Shown here in pieces: positions 48,633-57,542 of a DNA stretch of 64,000 bases (the stretch's first letter is position 1; each line of letters starts with the position of its first letter). The notes under the pieces are model-generated. The model searched no databases, had not been told where the DNA came from, and saw nothing but the letters and a program-made list of their open reading frames with translations. Both the position numbers and the translations under genes were made by a program. Origin of the DNA: a virus; UHGV virus genome UHGV-1373625, one strand, 5' to 3'.

Positions 48633-49022
48633 ATGTTTAGATTAGGACTCGGTATCCTGTTAGGATGGCTTATCTTTGATGAAGAAGGGAAAAAGGCTTC
48701 GAATAAGGCTGGTAAATTTATCAAAGATAAATCCGGTGAAGCCATAGACTATGCGTCTAAGCATATTGATACGGATAAAGTCGCTGATTTCGTTAAAAAG
48801 CAAATTTCCCCGAAAGGCATTGCTGAAAATATCGCCCAAGACGTAGCTGAGGATGCCATCATAGATACGGTTGCAGAGAAAGCTGTGCTTGGTAATACCG
48901 CCGGAGGTATTCTAGCCGGAGAAACTTTGGCTACTGAACGAAATAACGAAAATTTGAATCAGATTGACCTTCTTCAACAGCGTGTAGATGCTTTGGCAAC
49001 AGGAAACGCGCCCATTATATAA
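48633..49022 (+). CDS. hypothetical protein with an N-terminal hydrophobic segment
   Basis: 129 aa. Confidence 0.35.
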   Translation: MFRLGLGILLGWLIFDEEGKKASNKAGKFIKDKSGEAIDYASKHIDTDKVADFVKKQISPKGIAENIAQDVAEDAIIDTVAEKAVLGNTAGGILAGETLATERNNENLNQIDLLQQRVDALATGNAPII

Positions 49023-49042
49023 CCACCACAAGGAAATGAATC

Positions 49043-49567
49043 ATGCACGATAGCAAATCCGCTGAAAAGATTGCAAAAGAAGAATACAAAGAAGAACTTG
49101 CATTCTTGGAAGAACTTGAACATGAAATTGGCGAGCATTGCGAGGCCGGAGTTCGGTCAATGCCTCATGTCGAAAACACTCGTGAGCTGCTTAAAGCTCA
49201 TAAAGAATTGTGCCATTATCTCATGTATAAGTGCGCCATTCATGAAATGTCGGAATATTCCGAAGTGTATCATGAGATTGAAGACATTATTGAAAATCCT
49301 CCCCACACTTGGTATCCCTATATGGATAAACCGGGCGGACACATGAATATCATTGAGATGGAAGTCGGAGAGATGATGCACGCCTATGAAGGAATGCGCG
49401 CCACGCCTCCCACGATGACCCATGCTCAGTTCGTACATGAGCTTAAACACGCCGCCGCCGCAATTTGCTACGCTCTGGAAGAAATGACCTGCTCTGACAA
49501 GGAATACCATAAAAAGCACCATTTCCATAAGCCGTATCCCGAAGAATACGGTTCTAAGGCGAAATAA
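49043..49567 (+). CDS. His/Glu/Met-rich hypothetical protein
   Basis: 174 aa with many H, E and M residues, including HEM-type clusters, and a C-terminal HHFHKPYPEEYG. Confidence 0.4.
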   Translation: MHDSKSAEKIAKEEYKEELAFLEELEHEIGEHCEAGVRSMPHVENTRELLKAHKELCHYLMYKCAIHEMSEYSEVYHEIEDIIENPPHTWYPYMDKPGGHMNIIEMEVGEMMHAYEGMRATPPTMTHAQFVHELKHAAAAICYALEEMTCSDKEYHKKHHFHKPYPEEYGSKAK

Positions 49568-49569
49568 TC

Positions 49570-49779
49570 ATGAACATCGAATCTGATCGCAGGGTAGATA
49601 CAGGACAATCGGAATCGAAGACTTTCGGATGGATACCTTGTGCATTATGCAAGGCGTGGATTCCGATTGTCAAAGACGGAGTACACGAACCTCCGAAACA
49701 CGGTATTTGCCCGTATCGGAAGCCCTCTAAATGCAAAACGGAACCTAGTTTTGGTTGTCGTTGGGGCTTTACTGCTTAA
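49570..49779 (+). CDS. small Cys-rich hypothetical protein
   Basis: 69 aa. Confidence 0.3.
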   Translation: MNIESDRRVDTGQSESKTFGWIPCALCKAWIPIVKDGVHEPPKHGICPYRKPSKCKTEPSFGCRWGFTA

Positions 49780-49816
49780 TCAGAAATTCTCCCTACCTCC
49801 TTCCCATCCCTCCCTT

Positions 49817-49848
49817 AAAGGCGTCTATCCGGACGCCTTTTTCTTTTC
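49817..49848 (+). terminator. rho-independent terminator
   Basis: AAAGGCGTC tatccg GACGCCTTT, then TTTTCTTTTCTT. Confidence 0.6.
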
Positions 49849-49877
49849 TTGACAAAAATATAGAATGAAGATATACT
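49849..49877 (+). promoter_or_regulatory. promoter TTGACA-N17-TATACT upstream of the terminase gene
   Basis: The -35 TTGACA is at 49849-49854. The spacer is 17 nt. The -10 TATACT is at 49872-49877. Confidence 0.55.
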
Positions 49878-49927
49878 TCAAAGATATATTAAAAATATCA
49901 TTTTATCAGATAAGGAGAGGAGTTTCA

Positions 49928-52063
49928 ATGGCTAATGTAAAACCCATAACGACTAAACAATTCAATCAAAACAAAAAGCATATCACCGACATCCATTGGT
50001 ACGCCGACAATGTTCTTAACGGAAATATTCAGGTCTGTAAATACATTAGAGCATTGTGCAAAAACTTTAAAGATGATCTTGCTAATAAAGACCTTGATTT
50101 TTATTTCTCGGAAGAATCGGCTATTCGCGTAATTTGTTTTATCGAAAATATGGTGCATGTCAAGGGCGTTCTTACTGGAAAAAGATTAAAGCTTGAGCCT
50201 TGGCAGAAATTCTTCGTTGGAAACATCTTTGGGTGGCTGGATAAGAAAAACAATCTCCGCAGGTACAGGGAGGCCGCCCTTATCGTCCCCCGAAAAGCTG
50301 GCAAGGCTTTAGCTGTAAGCACTCCAATCCCTACTCCCGAGGGTTGGGTCACGATGAATGATTTAAAGCCCGGAGATGCCGTTTATGGGCCAAATTCGGA
50401 TATACGAAGAGTAGTAGCCGCAACGGAAGTGATGTACGGAAGGCCGTGCTATGAAATTTCTTTCAGTGATGGTTCCGCTATTACTGCCGACGCGGAGCAT
50501 CTTTGGAAAATCGACGGTAAGAATATCGTAACCTCCGAAAGTCTGCATCAAATCTTGTCTCATAATGGCAGAAAGCCCAAAGTGTGGGTAGCTCCGAATA
50601 TAAAAAGGCATGATGGCGAGACGGTGCCTGTGGTAAGATTTATTACGGATTGTAAACCTGTGGAAAGCGTTCCGGTGAAGTGTATACAGGTTGACAATGA
50701 AGATGGAATGTATCTTTGCGGGAAAACGTATATTCCGACTCACAATAGCAGCCTTGCAGCGGCTATTGGTCACTATATGCTTGTTGGTGAAAAAGAAAAA
50801 GGTTCGGAAGTATATTGTGGTGCGACCACAGAAGTTCAAGCTTTTGTCCTGTTCAACATCGCTCGGGATATGATTGTTGCCAATAAAGCATTTGAAGAAG
50901 CATTCGGACTGACTTATACTAAAGAATCGATTCATGCACAATCAACGCTTTCTACGTTCAAACCTATTATCGGAAGCCCGAAGGATGGTAGTAACCCTCA
51001 GTGCGCTATTGTTGACGAGTATCACGAGCATCCTTCCGACGCGCTATATGACTCGTTGAAGCTCGGTATGGGCGCAAGACAGCATCCTCTCTTGCTTGTT
51101 ACTACCACCGCAGGGACGAATATTAAAGGCCCGTGCTATCGTTATGTGGAACAAGGCAGGAAGGTTGTGTTGGGGAAAGCAAAGAACGACAGATTATTTT
51201 ACATGGAGTTTACCATCGACGATACGGATAAATGGGAAGATTTTTCATGTTGGATTAAGGCCAGCCCGAACTTTGGAGTTTCCGTATCCGAAGAGTTCCT
51301 GCGCGAGCAATACGAAATAGCCAAATCATCACAGTACAAGCGTTCATCCATTCTTACCAAAATGCTGAATGTTTGGAACAATGAATCCGTGGGATGGATT
51401 GACTTTCCTAAATGGCTTAATTGTACTGACAGAAATCTAAAGATGGAAGACTTTGAAGGCGAGAAATGCTGGATTGGCATTGACCTAGCCTCTAAGGTCG
51501 ACTTAACAGCAATGGTCGCCGTCTTTAAGCGCGATGGTAAGTTCTATGTTTTCGGAAAATACTATCTTCCTTCCGATACTGTAGATAGACCGGAGAACGA
51601 CCATTATCGGGGCTGGCGAGATGAAGGCTGGCTGACCGTAACGCAAGGGGCTCGAACAGACTATCATGCGCTGGAGGAGGATCTGCAAAATTGGGCTGAT
51701 AAATATGCGATTCAGGAAGTAGCATATGACCCTAGAGAAGCCGAATATCTTATGCAGAATATCCGGGAATGGGCGGCATTTGAATGTATTGAATTCACAC
51801 AGTCGTCCGCTACTTTCTCCGAGCCGATGAAAGAGTTTGAAGCTGCGTATCTTAATGGGGAGCTTTTCCACCAGAATGACCCTATCCTCAACTTCGCTGC
51901 TGGTAATGTAGTCCTGAAATCCACAACGAACAAACTTGTTTACATGACCAAAACGGCGAATGAAAATAAAATCGACCCGATGGTCGCTATGATTATGGCA
52001 ATCGCTAGAGCAATGGAAGATAAAGAAGAAGAGGCGTCAGATCCGTTTATTATGTTCCTTTAG
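49928..52063 (+). CDS. terminase large subunit with a mini-intein inserted in the Walker A P-loop
   Basis: The extein PRKAGK + SSLAAAIGHYML reconstitutes the TerL Walker A (PRxxGKS). The ATPase and nuclease domains lie downstream. ATG 49928 follows GGAGAGGAG. The ORF opens at 49865. Confidence 0.8.
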   Translation: MANVKPITTKQFNQNKKHITDIHWYADNVLNGNIQVCKYIRALCKNFKDDLANKDLDFYFSEESAIRVICFIENMVHVKGVLTGKRLKLEPWQKFFVGNIFGWLDKKNNLRRYREAALIVPRKAGKALAVSTPIPTPEGWVTMNDLKPGDAVYGPNSDIRRVVAATEVMYGRPCYEISFSDGSAITADAEHLWKIDGKNIVTSESLHQILSHNGRKPKVWVAPNIKRHDGETVPVVRFITDCKPVESVPVKCIQVDNEDGMYLCGKTYIPTHNSSLAAAIGHYMLVGEKEKGSEVYCGATTEVQAFVLFNIARDMIVANKAFEEAFGLTYTKESIHAQSTLSTFKPIIGSPKDGSNPQCAIVDEYHEHPSDALYDSLKLGMGARQHPLLLVTTTAGTNIKGPCYRYVEQGRKVVLGKAKNDRLFYMEFTIDDTDKWEDFSCWIKASPNFGVSVSEEFLREQYEIAKSSQYKRSSILTKMLNVWNNESVGWIDFPKWLNCTDRNLKMEDFEGEKCWIGIDLASKVDLTAMVAVFKRDGKFYVFGKYYLPSDTVDRPENDHYRGWRDEGWLTVTQGARTDYHALEEDLQNWADKYAIQEVAYDPREAEYLMQNIREWAAFECIEFTQSSATFSEPMKEFEAAYLNGELFHQNDPILNFAAGNVVLKSTTNKLVYMTKTANENKIDPMVAMIMAIARAMEDKEEEASDPFIMFL
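50306..50746 (+). mobile_element. mini-intein (147 aa, Ala1 variant) in TerL
   Basis: ALAVSTPIPTPEGWVTMNDLKPGD is block A with Ala at position 1. SAITADAEHLWKI is block B (TxxH). It ends YIPTHN followed by S. Confidence 0.6.
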
Positions 52064-52078
52064 CGTGCGTTAACACAT

Positions 52079-52154
52079 ACAATAATACCCAATTAATCTA
52101 CGAATCTCTTTCCATTGATTCCGCGATTAATTGGGTATTATTGTATTCTAGGGA
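52079..52154. terminator. perfect 20-bp inverted repeat acting as a convergent (bidirectional) terminator
   Basis: ACAATAATACCCAATTAATC (52079-52098) pairs with GATTAATTGGGTATTATTGT (52135-52154) across a 36-nt loop. It lies between the plus-strand TerL gene and the minus-strand block. Confidence 0.6.
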
Positions 52155-52157
52155 ACC

Positions 52158-52523
52158 CTAAAAAAGAAATCCTTTTCCCCCGAAATTAAACTCCGGCCTA
52201 ACATATCTTTCAATGACAAGCTCCGGAGGGGAAACCTTTTTAATTAAATACATAATCATGTCTATATATTCGTTTCGAGTAACCCAACAAATATCGAACT
52301 CACCGAATATAGGATTTTCATATTGATCAAGAAATCCAGAAGTTTTCAGAAGAGACATAAGCTTAGGTTTATCTTCTTCCCTATTGAGAATCCCTCTTTC
52401 AAAATTAAATTGTTCAAGAACTTTTTCGTATCCTTCTTTGAATTGTTCTACATCGGAAACTCTATAAAAGAATGCCCTAGGCTTCCCTTCCGAGTCTTCG
52501 ATTCTGATTTTGATAATTTCCAT
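52158..52523 (-). CDS. hypothetical protein
   Basis: 121 aa. Confidence 0.35.
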   Translation of the reverse strand: MEIIKIRIEDSEGKPRAFFYRVSDVEQFKEGYEKVLEQFNFERGILNREEDKPKLMSLLKTSGFLDQYENPIFGEFDICWVTRNEYIDMIMYLIKKVSPPELVIERYVRPEFNFGGKGFLF

Positions 52524-52527
52524 ATGT

Positions 52528-52755
52528 TCACTCCTTATTAATCGACTTTAGAAATAATGTATGGATGCACCTATCAATTATAAAACAAACGCTAATGATA
52601 GGCAGTAAAAAGAAGAAAAAGGTTGTACTAAAATCTTTTGATCTTAGTACATCTGAAAATAGAAATAATCCAATCGCAAAGATTATGGAACTTATTGTCA
52701 GGTCATAGTATTTAAGAACCTGTAACCCCTTTAAGAAGATTTCTGAATACTTCAT
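52528..52755 (-). CDS. small membrane protein
   Basis: 75 aa with two hydrophobic helices. Confidence 0.3.
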   Translation of the reverse strand: MKYSEIFLKGLQVLKYYDLTISSIIFAIGLFLFSDVLRSKDFSTTFFFFLLPIISVCFIIDRCIHTLFLKSINKE

Positions 52756-53011
52756 CTATACCATTTTCTCCTTTGGAGACATCGAAAATAATATCATGGG
52801 TTTCACCACCTTTTAAAAAGAGAGTTATAGTATTACCTCTCTTTTTAGCCCCGATAATACTTTCGATTTCAAAAAATTCAGTAGCGGGTGATGTTAAGGT
52901 ATCTTTAAAAACGAAATAATTCTTTTTTGATGATGGAACGGGAGGAGGCGGAGGCGCACAGCGTTTTGGCACATCCCACCATATTTGTCTATCAGGTTTA
53001 CATTCATCCAT
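52712..53011 (-). CDS. hypothetical protein
   Basis: 99 aa. Confidence 0.3.
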   Translation of the reverse strand: MDECKPDRQIWWDVPKRCAPPPPPVPSSKKNYFVFKDTLTSPATEFFEIESIIGAKKRGNTITLFLKGGETHDIIFDVSKGENGIDEVFRNLLKGVTGS

Positions 53012-53142
53012 ATTATAATACCTTCTTAATTTCCTTTTTTTATTTATGGTATAAGGTACGCTGACCTTTTGGTGGATCTGGCCTTTCAGGGCAAACCCAC
53101 CCTTTTGGATGCGAGACTATGCGGGCTCCAGTTTTTCGGTTT

Positions 53143-53385
53143 TCACTTGCTAGGAGTTTCAATAACAGAAGTATGAGAAGCGCGGAGAATATTAAAATGG
53201 ACACCATCACGATACTCCTTCGATGGAAATACAAAGCGTTCTGTTAGATTCCTCACTTTTGTTTCTACTGATATATCCAATACACAATCGTCGTCAAGGG
53301 CATCACTTATAAGAATGATACGATCCAAATCAATAGATATGGTTCTTTCAAGCTCTGGTCCATATTTAAAATTAAAAAGCTTCAT
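53143..53385 (-). CDS. hypothetical protein
   Basis: 80 aa. The overlapping ORF 53040-53234 is an alternative. Confidence 0.25.
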   Translation of the reverse strand: MKLFNFKYGPELERTISIDLDRIILISDALDDDCVLDISVETKVRNLTERFVFPSKEYRDGVHFNILRASHTSVIETPSK

Positions 53386-53753
53386 GCTGATCCCTTCCCT
53401 TTCCGATAGTCGGAGGTTATTTTTGAGTGGCAGGATTTACATAACGCCATAAGGTTATTTTCGTCAAGTATTTTTCCGCCCTCGTTAATAGGAACGATAT
53501 GGTGGACTTCATTAGCTGCGTTAGGAAACGGAGTGGTTTTCTCGCATTCCTCGCAGAAAGGGTGCTTTCGCAGATAACGCTCACGAACTTTCTTCCACCT
53601 TGAATCGTACCCTCTTTCCGCCGGAGTTCCACGCTTCATGTCATATCGTTTGTCTGACGATATTCTGTGCTTGGCGCAATCTTCGCAGTACCCCGAAGGG
53701 TGATCCGTTGGCTTTTTACAATGTTTGCATGGTTTTTTTGGTCTAGGGGGCAT
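53382..53753 (-). CDS. HNH endonuclease
   Basis: CKHCKK...CEDC, then VHHIVPINEGG...NLMALCKSCH (the HNH motif). Confidence 0.75.
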   Translation of the reverse strand: MPPRPKKPCKHCKKPTDHPSGYCEDCAKHRISSDKRYDMKRGTPAERGYDSRWKKVRERYLRKHPFCEECEKTTPFPNAANEVHHIVPINEGGKILDENNLMALCKSCHSKITSDYRKGKGSA

Positions 53754-53769
53754 ATTGTGACCTCCGCAA

Positions 53770-53967
53770 TTAATCGTATTTTATCGTTAAGGCTCCAGCA
53801 GAAAGAAACCACGCTAGCCTATAGACAGCTCCACTAAGTTGGTCTTTGCTTATATAATCCGCGAACGGGTTAATCCATTCCATACAGATAAAACAAGAAA
53901 GAAGATAAAGACCTAACAACGATAATAAAAAGCATATAATATGGCTTACGAAATTATTATTATTCAT
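53770..53967 (-). CDS. small membrane protein
   Basis: 65 aa, hydrophobic. Confidence 0.3.
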   Translation of the reverse strand: MNNNNFVSHIICFLLSLLGLYLLSCFICMEWINPFADYISKDQLSGAVYRLAWFLSAGALTIKYD

Positions 53968-53972
53968 GGATT

Positions 53973-54356
53973 TTACTTTTCCTCCGACATAAAAATATCA
54001 AAATGCTTTTTTGCAGGTTCGCAGTATCGCCATTGAATTATATGAACTTTATCGGTCGCTCTATATCCTGCATAGTTCATCTCACCTCCTTGTATCTTCT
54101 TATTAAAAAAGCCTATATACCACATTTTTTTATCGTTGCTAAAAGCAACAAGTTCTCCCTCCTGAAATTCCGTATGAGGGTCATTGTACGTCCCCGCAAG
54201 ATGTTCGTTACCTTCGTAAGGAATGCAATACCTATATACACTCAAGCTGGTATCTTTAAAAGCGTCCCCTACCTTTCCCGAAAAAAGCGCGGGCTCCCAA
54301 ATTTCATGTTCAGAATCTCGCATCAAGACTTTATCAAAAGGCTTAAACTCGTACAT
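53973..54356 (-). CDS. hypothetical protein, paralog of 54683-55072
   Basis: Shared motifs are F.PFDKVLMRDSE.EIW, EYCIP.-GNEHL.GT, and W.YCEPAKKHFD. Confidence 0.4.
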   Translation of the reverse strand: MYEFKPFDKVLMRDSEHEIWEPALFSGKVGDAFKDTSLSVYRYCIPYEGNEHLAGTYNDPHTEFQEGELVAFSNDKKMWYIGFFNKKIQGGEMNYAGYRATDKVHIIQWRYCEPAKKHFDIFMSEEK

Positions 54357-54383
54357 TATGTAATCTCCTTTTTTTTTAAATGA

Positions 54384-54671
54384 TTAAAGCCCCAGTTCGT
54401 TCATTTTACGATTAAACCTTTCTTCAAGAAAATTAATCTCTTCGTAAGAAAGATTGAAATTACATCCCCCCATAAGATGATCGCGTGCATAAGGGTCAAG
54501 TTTCCAGTCTACAAACTTTTCTCCTTTTTGATTGTCTCCCTTCCATTCAATTCTATTCTCCTTATAAAAACCTCCTGATAAAGTCTTCGCTTCTCCATTT
54601 ACCGTGAAAGTGAGATATCCATCGGCAATATCAGAACACCATTCGTAGCTTTCAAGCTTAATCTCACGCAT
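54384..54671 (-). CDS. hypothetical protein
   Basis: 95 aa. Confidence 0.35.
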   Translation of the reverse strand: MREIKLESYEWCSDIADGYLTFTVNGEAKTLSGGFYKENRIEWKGDNQKGEKFVDWKLDPYARDHLMGGCNFNLSYEEINFLEERFNRKMNELGL

Positions 54672-54682
54672 TATCTATTCTC

Positions 54683-55072
54683 CTAAGAATTAAATTCAAA
54701 ATGCTTTTTTGCTGGCTCGCAATATTCCCATTCTCCTTGATTATGGTCAAATGTGTCCATACCTCCTGCAATATAAACCTTATTGCCGTTACGAGTATTC
54801 GTTCCATAAAAAATACGAAGGAACCACCCACTATGAATACTATTTCTGACTGCAACAAGGTCGCCTTTTTTAGGAACCCATTCACTATTCTTCGTCCCCA
54901 CAAGATGCTCATTGCCGAGGGCAGGGATGCAATATTCCCAAAGAGCTTCATTAATAGCTATAACCTTCCCATCTCTTCTATAGTGAGAGAAAAAAGTTGC
55001 GGTCCAAATATCATCTTCGGAATCCCTAACCAAAACCTTATCAAACATTTTAAACTCGGGCATTTTATTCAT
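54683..55072 (-). CDS. hypothetical protein, paralog of 53973-54356
   Basis: See the paralog entry. MFDKVLVRDSEDDIW...WEYCEPAKKHFEF. Confidence 0.4.
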   Translation of the reverse strand: MNKMPEFKMFDKVLVRDSEDDIWTATFFSHYRRDGKVIAINEALWEYCIPALGNEHLVGTKNSEWVPKKGDLVAVRNSIHSGWFLRIFYGTNTRNGNKVYIAGGMDTFDHNQGEWEYCEPAKKHFEFNS

Positions 55073-55448
55073 TCTCCTTTATTATATTTTGTTCCGCCAT
55101 AATAAATGCCGCATCGATTTCCTTAGCTATTTGGTCGGCAATATAATCCTCATCTTTAACACCATCTTTCTCTACAGATATGGACGCTAGGCATATAAGT
55201 GCTTCGGAAAGAAGTTTGACCGACAAACACGCCGCAACGATATACTTAGCGTTGGCAAGCTGTTGCTCTCTAAGAACATTTTGCGTAGGATAATCATTGC
55301 AAACATACATATTTACCATTGCGATATGTTTGTCCCCACAGTTAATGGCTCCATGACAATGAGACTCGTCAAGATGCCAATCGCCTCCATTCGTGGCGGC
55401 TTTCCTTAGCTTTTCCAATTCTGTAAGGAATCTAAGACTTTCGTTCAT
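55065..55448 (-). CDS. hypothetical protein
   Basis: 127 aa. Confidence 0.35.
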   Translation of the reverse strand: MNESLRFLTELEKLRKAATNGGDWHLDESHCHGAINCGDKHIAMVNMYVCNDYPTQNVLREQQLANAKYIVAACLSVKLLSEALICLASISVEKDGVKDEDYIADQIAKEIDAAFIMAEQNIIKENE

Positions 55449-55833
55449 TTCTTACCATCCTTTTTTCACGTTCCATTTCCGCTTCGACCATAAGTTCAGC
55501 TTCACGCAAAAGGCACCAATTGCCGCAACCGGGGAAGCTTCCACCTTTGCGCGGGCACAATGCCTTCATGCTGTGAGCGCAAGGAACATCGTTGTAATCC
55601 ATGCTAATTAGTTTAATCTTTACGCGAGACTCGAACATAAGAGCATCTATATAATCTGGGGTGAGCTTTTTATCGTAATATTCTAATGCGTAACAAGAGT
55701 ATCGGCAATCTGATCTATTTATGCTTAAGCAATCTACACACGGATTTTCATGACATGGGCGTCTTTTTTTAAGCCACTCTTTTTCCTTGTTTGTAAGACC
55801 GTACCTTCTTTTTCTCATGATGTCAATCCTCAT
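55432..55833 (-). CDS. Cys-rich hypothetical protein
   Basis: 133 aa with about 14 Cys. Confidence 0.35.
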   Translation of the reverse strand: MRIDIMRKRRYGLTNKEKEWLKKRRPCHENPCVDCLSINRSDCRYSCYALEYYDKKLTPDYIDALMFESRVKIKLISMDYNDVPCAHSMKALCPRKGGSFPGCGNWCLLREAELMVEAEMEREKRMVRNERKS

Positions 55834-55835
55834 TT

Positions 55836-56273
55836 TTACTTATTTTTATAGAAAACCGCGTCGTTTTTATCCCCGCTAGGCTCATGATACGTAGCGAATG
55901 CAATACCATCCTTTCTTCCGAATCTCTGGAACATCTCTTTCGCGGTAGTAACCATTCTGAGCTTGGCTACAGAATTAGCCGAGTGCACCCTAACGATTTG
56001 AAGATTGAGGAGCTTACCCTCAGAAATCAATTTTTCGATTTCATTCAGGACTTGATAACCTTCACTAAGATACCCCGAGCCTCCAAGGTCATTATCAAGA
56101 CTAATGCCGTGGGGATTCACTTCTTCAATAATCCTCATAAACTGCTTTCCGCTACGAACAGTGTAGACTTCAAAATCTTCATCGTCACCTTCATCCACAT
56201 CTTGGAAGAAATTATATGAAGGCGTTCTTTCGTCATCCAGATAAATCCATGTTTTCATTATTCTAATCCTCAC
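55836..56273 (-). CDS. receiver-like alpha/beta domain protein (possible cyclic-phosphate-processing CPR-like domain)
   Basis: MKTWIYLDDER, then ISLDNDLG, then IVRVHSANSVAK. The pattern resembles a small receiver-like family seen in phages and RNA-repair contexts. The assignment is tentative. Confidence 0.3.
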   Translation of the reverse strand: MRIRIMKTWIYLDDERTPSYNFFQDVDEGDDEDFEVYTVRSGKQFMRIIEEVNPHGISLDNDLGGSGYLSEGYQVLNEIEKLISEGKLLNLQIVRVHSANSVAKLRMVTTAKEMFQRFGRKDGIAFATYHEPSGDKNDAVFYKNK

Positions 56274-56757
56274 CTCTATAGAAGATATACTTTTCCGGAA
56301 TATCTACACACTTGTTTACGGCATACTCGGTTTCTTCATTACATATGGCGGCAATTTTCCAATAGTCCATTGTTGTTTTTATTGGAAAAACATTATTAGT
56401 TGAAATTCCCCTAAAAAATGTTTTTATCCATTTCTCCTTATCATTATCTCTGACTAAAATAGGAGCAAGGTGTTGGGGGATAGGCCCTCTTTGCAAAAAA
56501 ATTTCAGAGTGATTGGAGAGTGCCTTTTTGATAAGATCCGTGGTAAGCTCTTTTTTGAGAAATATAGAAGGATATGAATGATCACTGTGCCATTTTATAC
56601 CCTTAGTATCGAACCATTGAGTATGATCATATCTCTCATCATCTTTAAAATTTACGCTAATTTTGTGCCCTTCTTCTCCTTCATGGGTAATTTCTTCGAC
56701 AACACCCCAACCATAACCAAAATGATATACCTCATCCAAAACATTAAACTTCATCAT
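56263..56757 (-). CDS. hypothetical protein
   Basis: 164 aa. Confidence 0.35.
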   Translation of the reverse strand: MMKFNVLDEVYHFGYGWGVVEEITHEGEEGHKISVNFKDDERYDHTQWFDTKGIKWHSDHSYPSIFLKKELTTDLIKKALSNHSEIFLQRGPIPQHLAPILVRDNDKEKWIKTFFRGISTNNVFPIKTTMDYWKIAAICNEETEYAVNKCVDIPEKYIFYRGED

Positions 56758-56760
56758 AAT

Positions 56761-57030
56761 CTATATCCTTTTTGAATCTTCAATTAAAGATGGAAGCATA
56801 AGCGATAAGAAAAAAGATAGTACAAGCACTATGACTCTAATTACTTTAGCAATATCTACGCCATCTGGGTTTGGTATAGACATGAAAGGATTGAAAAAAT
56901 CTCCGTTTACAAAAGCCACCCCTGCATACAAAATCACTAAAATGACCAGCATCCTTAAAAATATGGCGGAAAAATCCATTGACAAGGCTATATAATTTCT
57001 TATGTTTATAATCATTTCCACAGATGACAT
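56761..57030 (-). CDS. small membrane protein, paralog of 57040-57291
   Basis: Shared GDxxNPF and LPxLIE motifs. Two TM helices. Confidence 0.4.
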   Translation of the reverse strand: MSSVEMIINIRNYIALSMDFSAIFLRMLVILVILYAGVAFVNGDFFNPFMSIPNPDGVDIAKVIRVIVLVLSFFLSLMLPSLIEDSKRI

Positions 57031-57039
57031 CCCTTTGTG

Positions 57040-57291
57040 TTATTTTTCTATCAAAGGAAGTATCACAGCAAACGCTATCCCTGAAAGATAAGCAAACATT
57101 CGTGTTATAACCCCAAAATCATCGCCATAGCGAGAAATGTATTCTCCAAAAGGATTTAGAATATCCCCTGCCATAAAACAAATTGAAATATAAAAAAAGA
57201 TTAAAGCTACTATGAATCGCAGGACATATGCTAGCGCGGATTTTTGCGTAGAAAAGTACCACCACAATACATTTCTTTCCTCTCTTGTCAT
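57040..57291 (-). CDS. small membrane protein, paralog of 56761-57030
   Basis: See the paralog entry. Confidence 0.4.
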   Translation of the reverse strand: MTREERNVLWWYFSTQKSALAYVLRFIVALIFFYISICFMAGDILNPFGEYISRYGDDFGVITRMFAYLSGIAFAVILPLIEK

Positions 57292-57311
57292 TTTCGAGCC
57301 TCCTTTAATTT

Positions 57312-57524
57312 TTATCGGTTATCTGGCAATCCCAAAGTTATAAGCCTCGTAAGAACATGAGGTTTCGGAACTCCGAAAAGCATTGAGAGCCTAGTAATAC
57401 TATAATTATGTTCCTCTGCTTTCTCTCTAAACAATTCCTCCGGCATCAAAAGCTCGTATGCGAATAGGTTAGCTTCAATCTCTTCTTCTCTCGTAAATTG
57501 CTTTGATTCGTTTTTCATCTTCAT
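57312..57524 (-). CDS. ImmA/IrrE-family C-terminal-domain-like small protein lacking HEXXH
   Basis: EEIEANLFAYELLMPEELF...LSMLFGVPKPHVLTRL matches the ImmA/IrrE post-HEXXH region. No zinc motif is present in the ORF. Confidence 0.35.
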   Translation of the reverse strand: MKMKNESKQFTREEEIEANLFAYELLMPEELFREKAEEHNYSITRLSMLFGVPKPHVLTRLITLGLPDNR

Positions 57525-57542
57525 CCACCTCCCTTGAAATAG

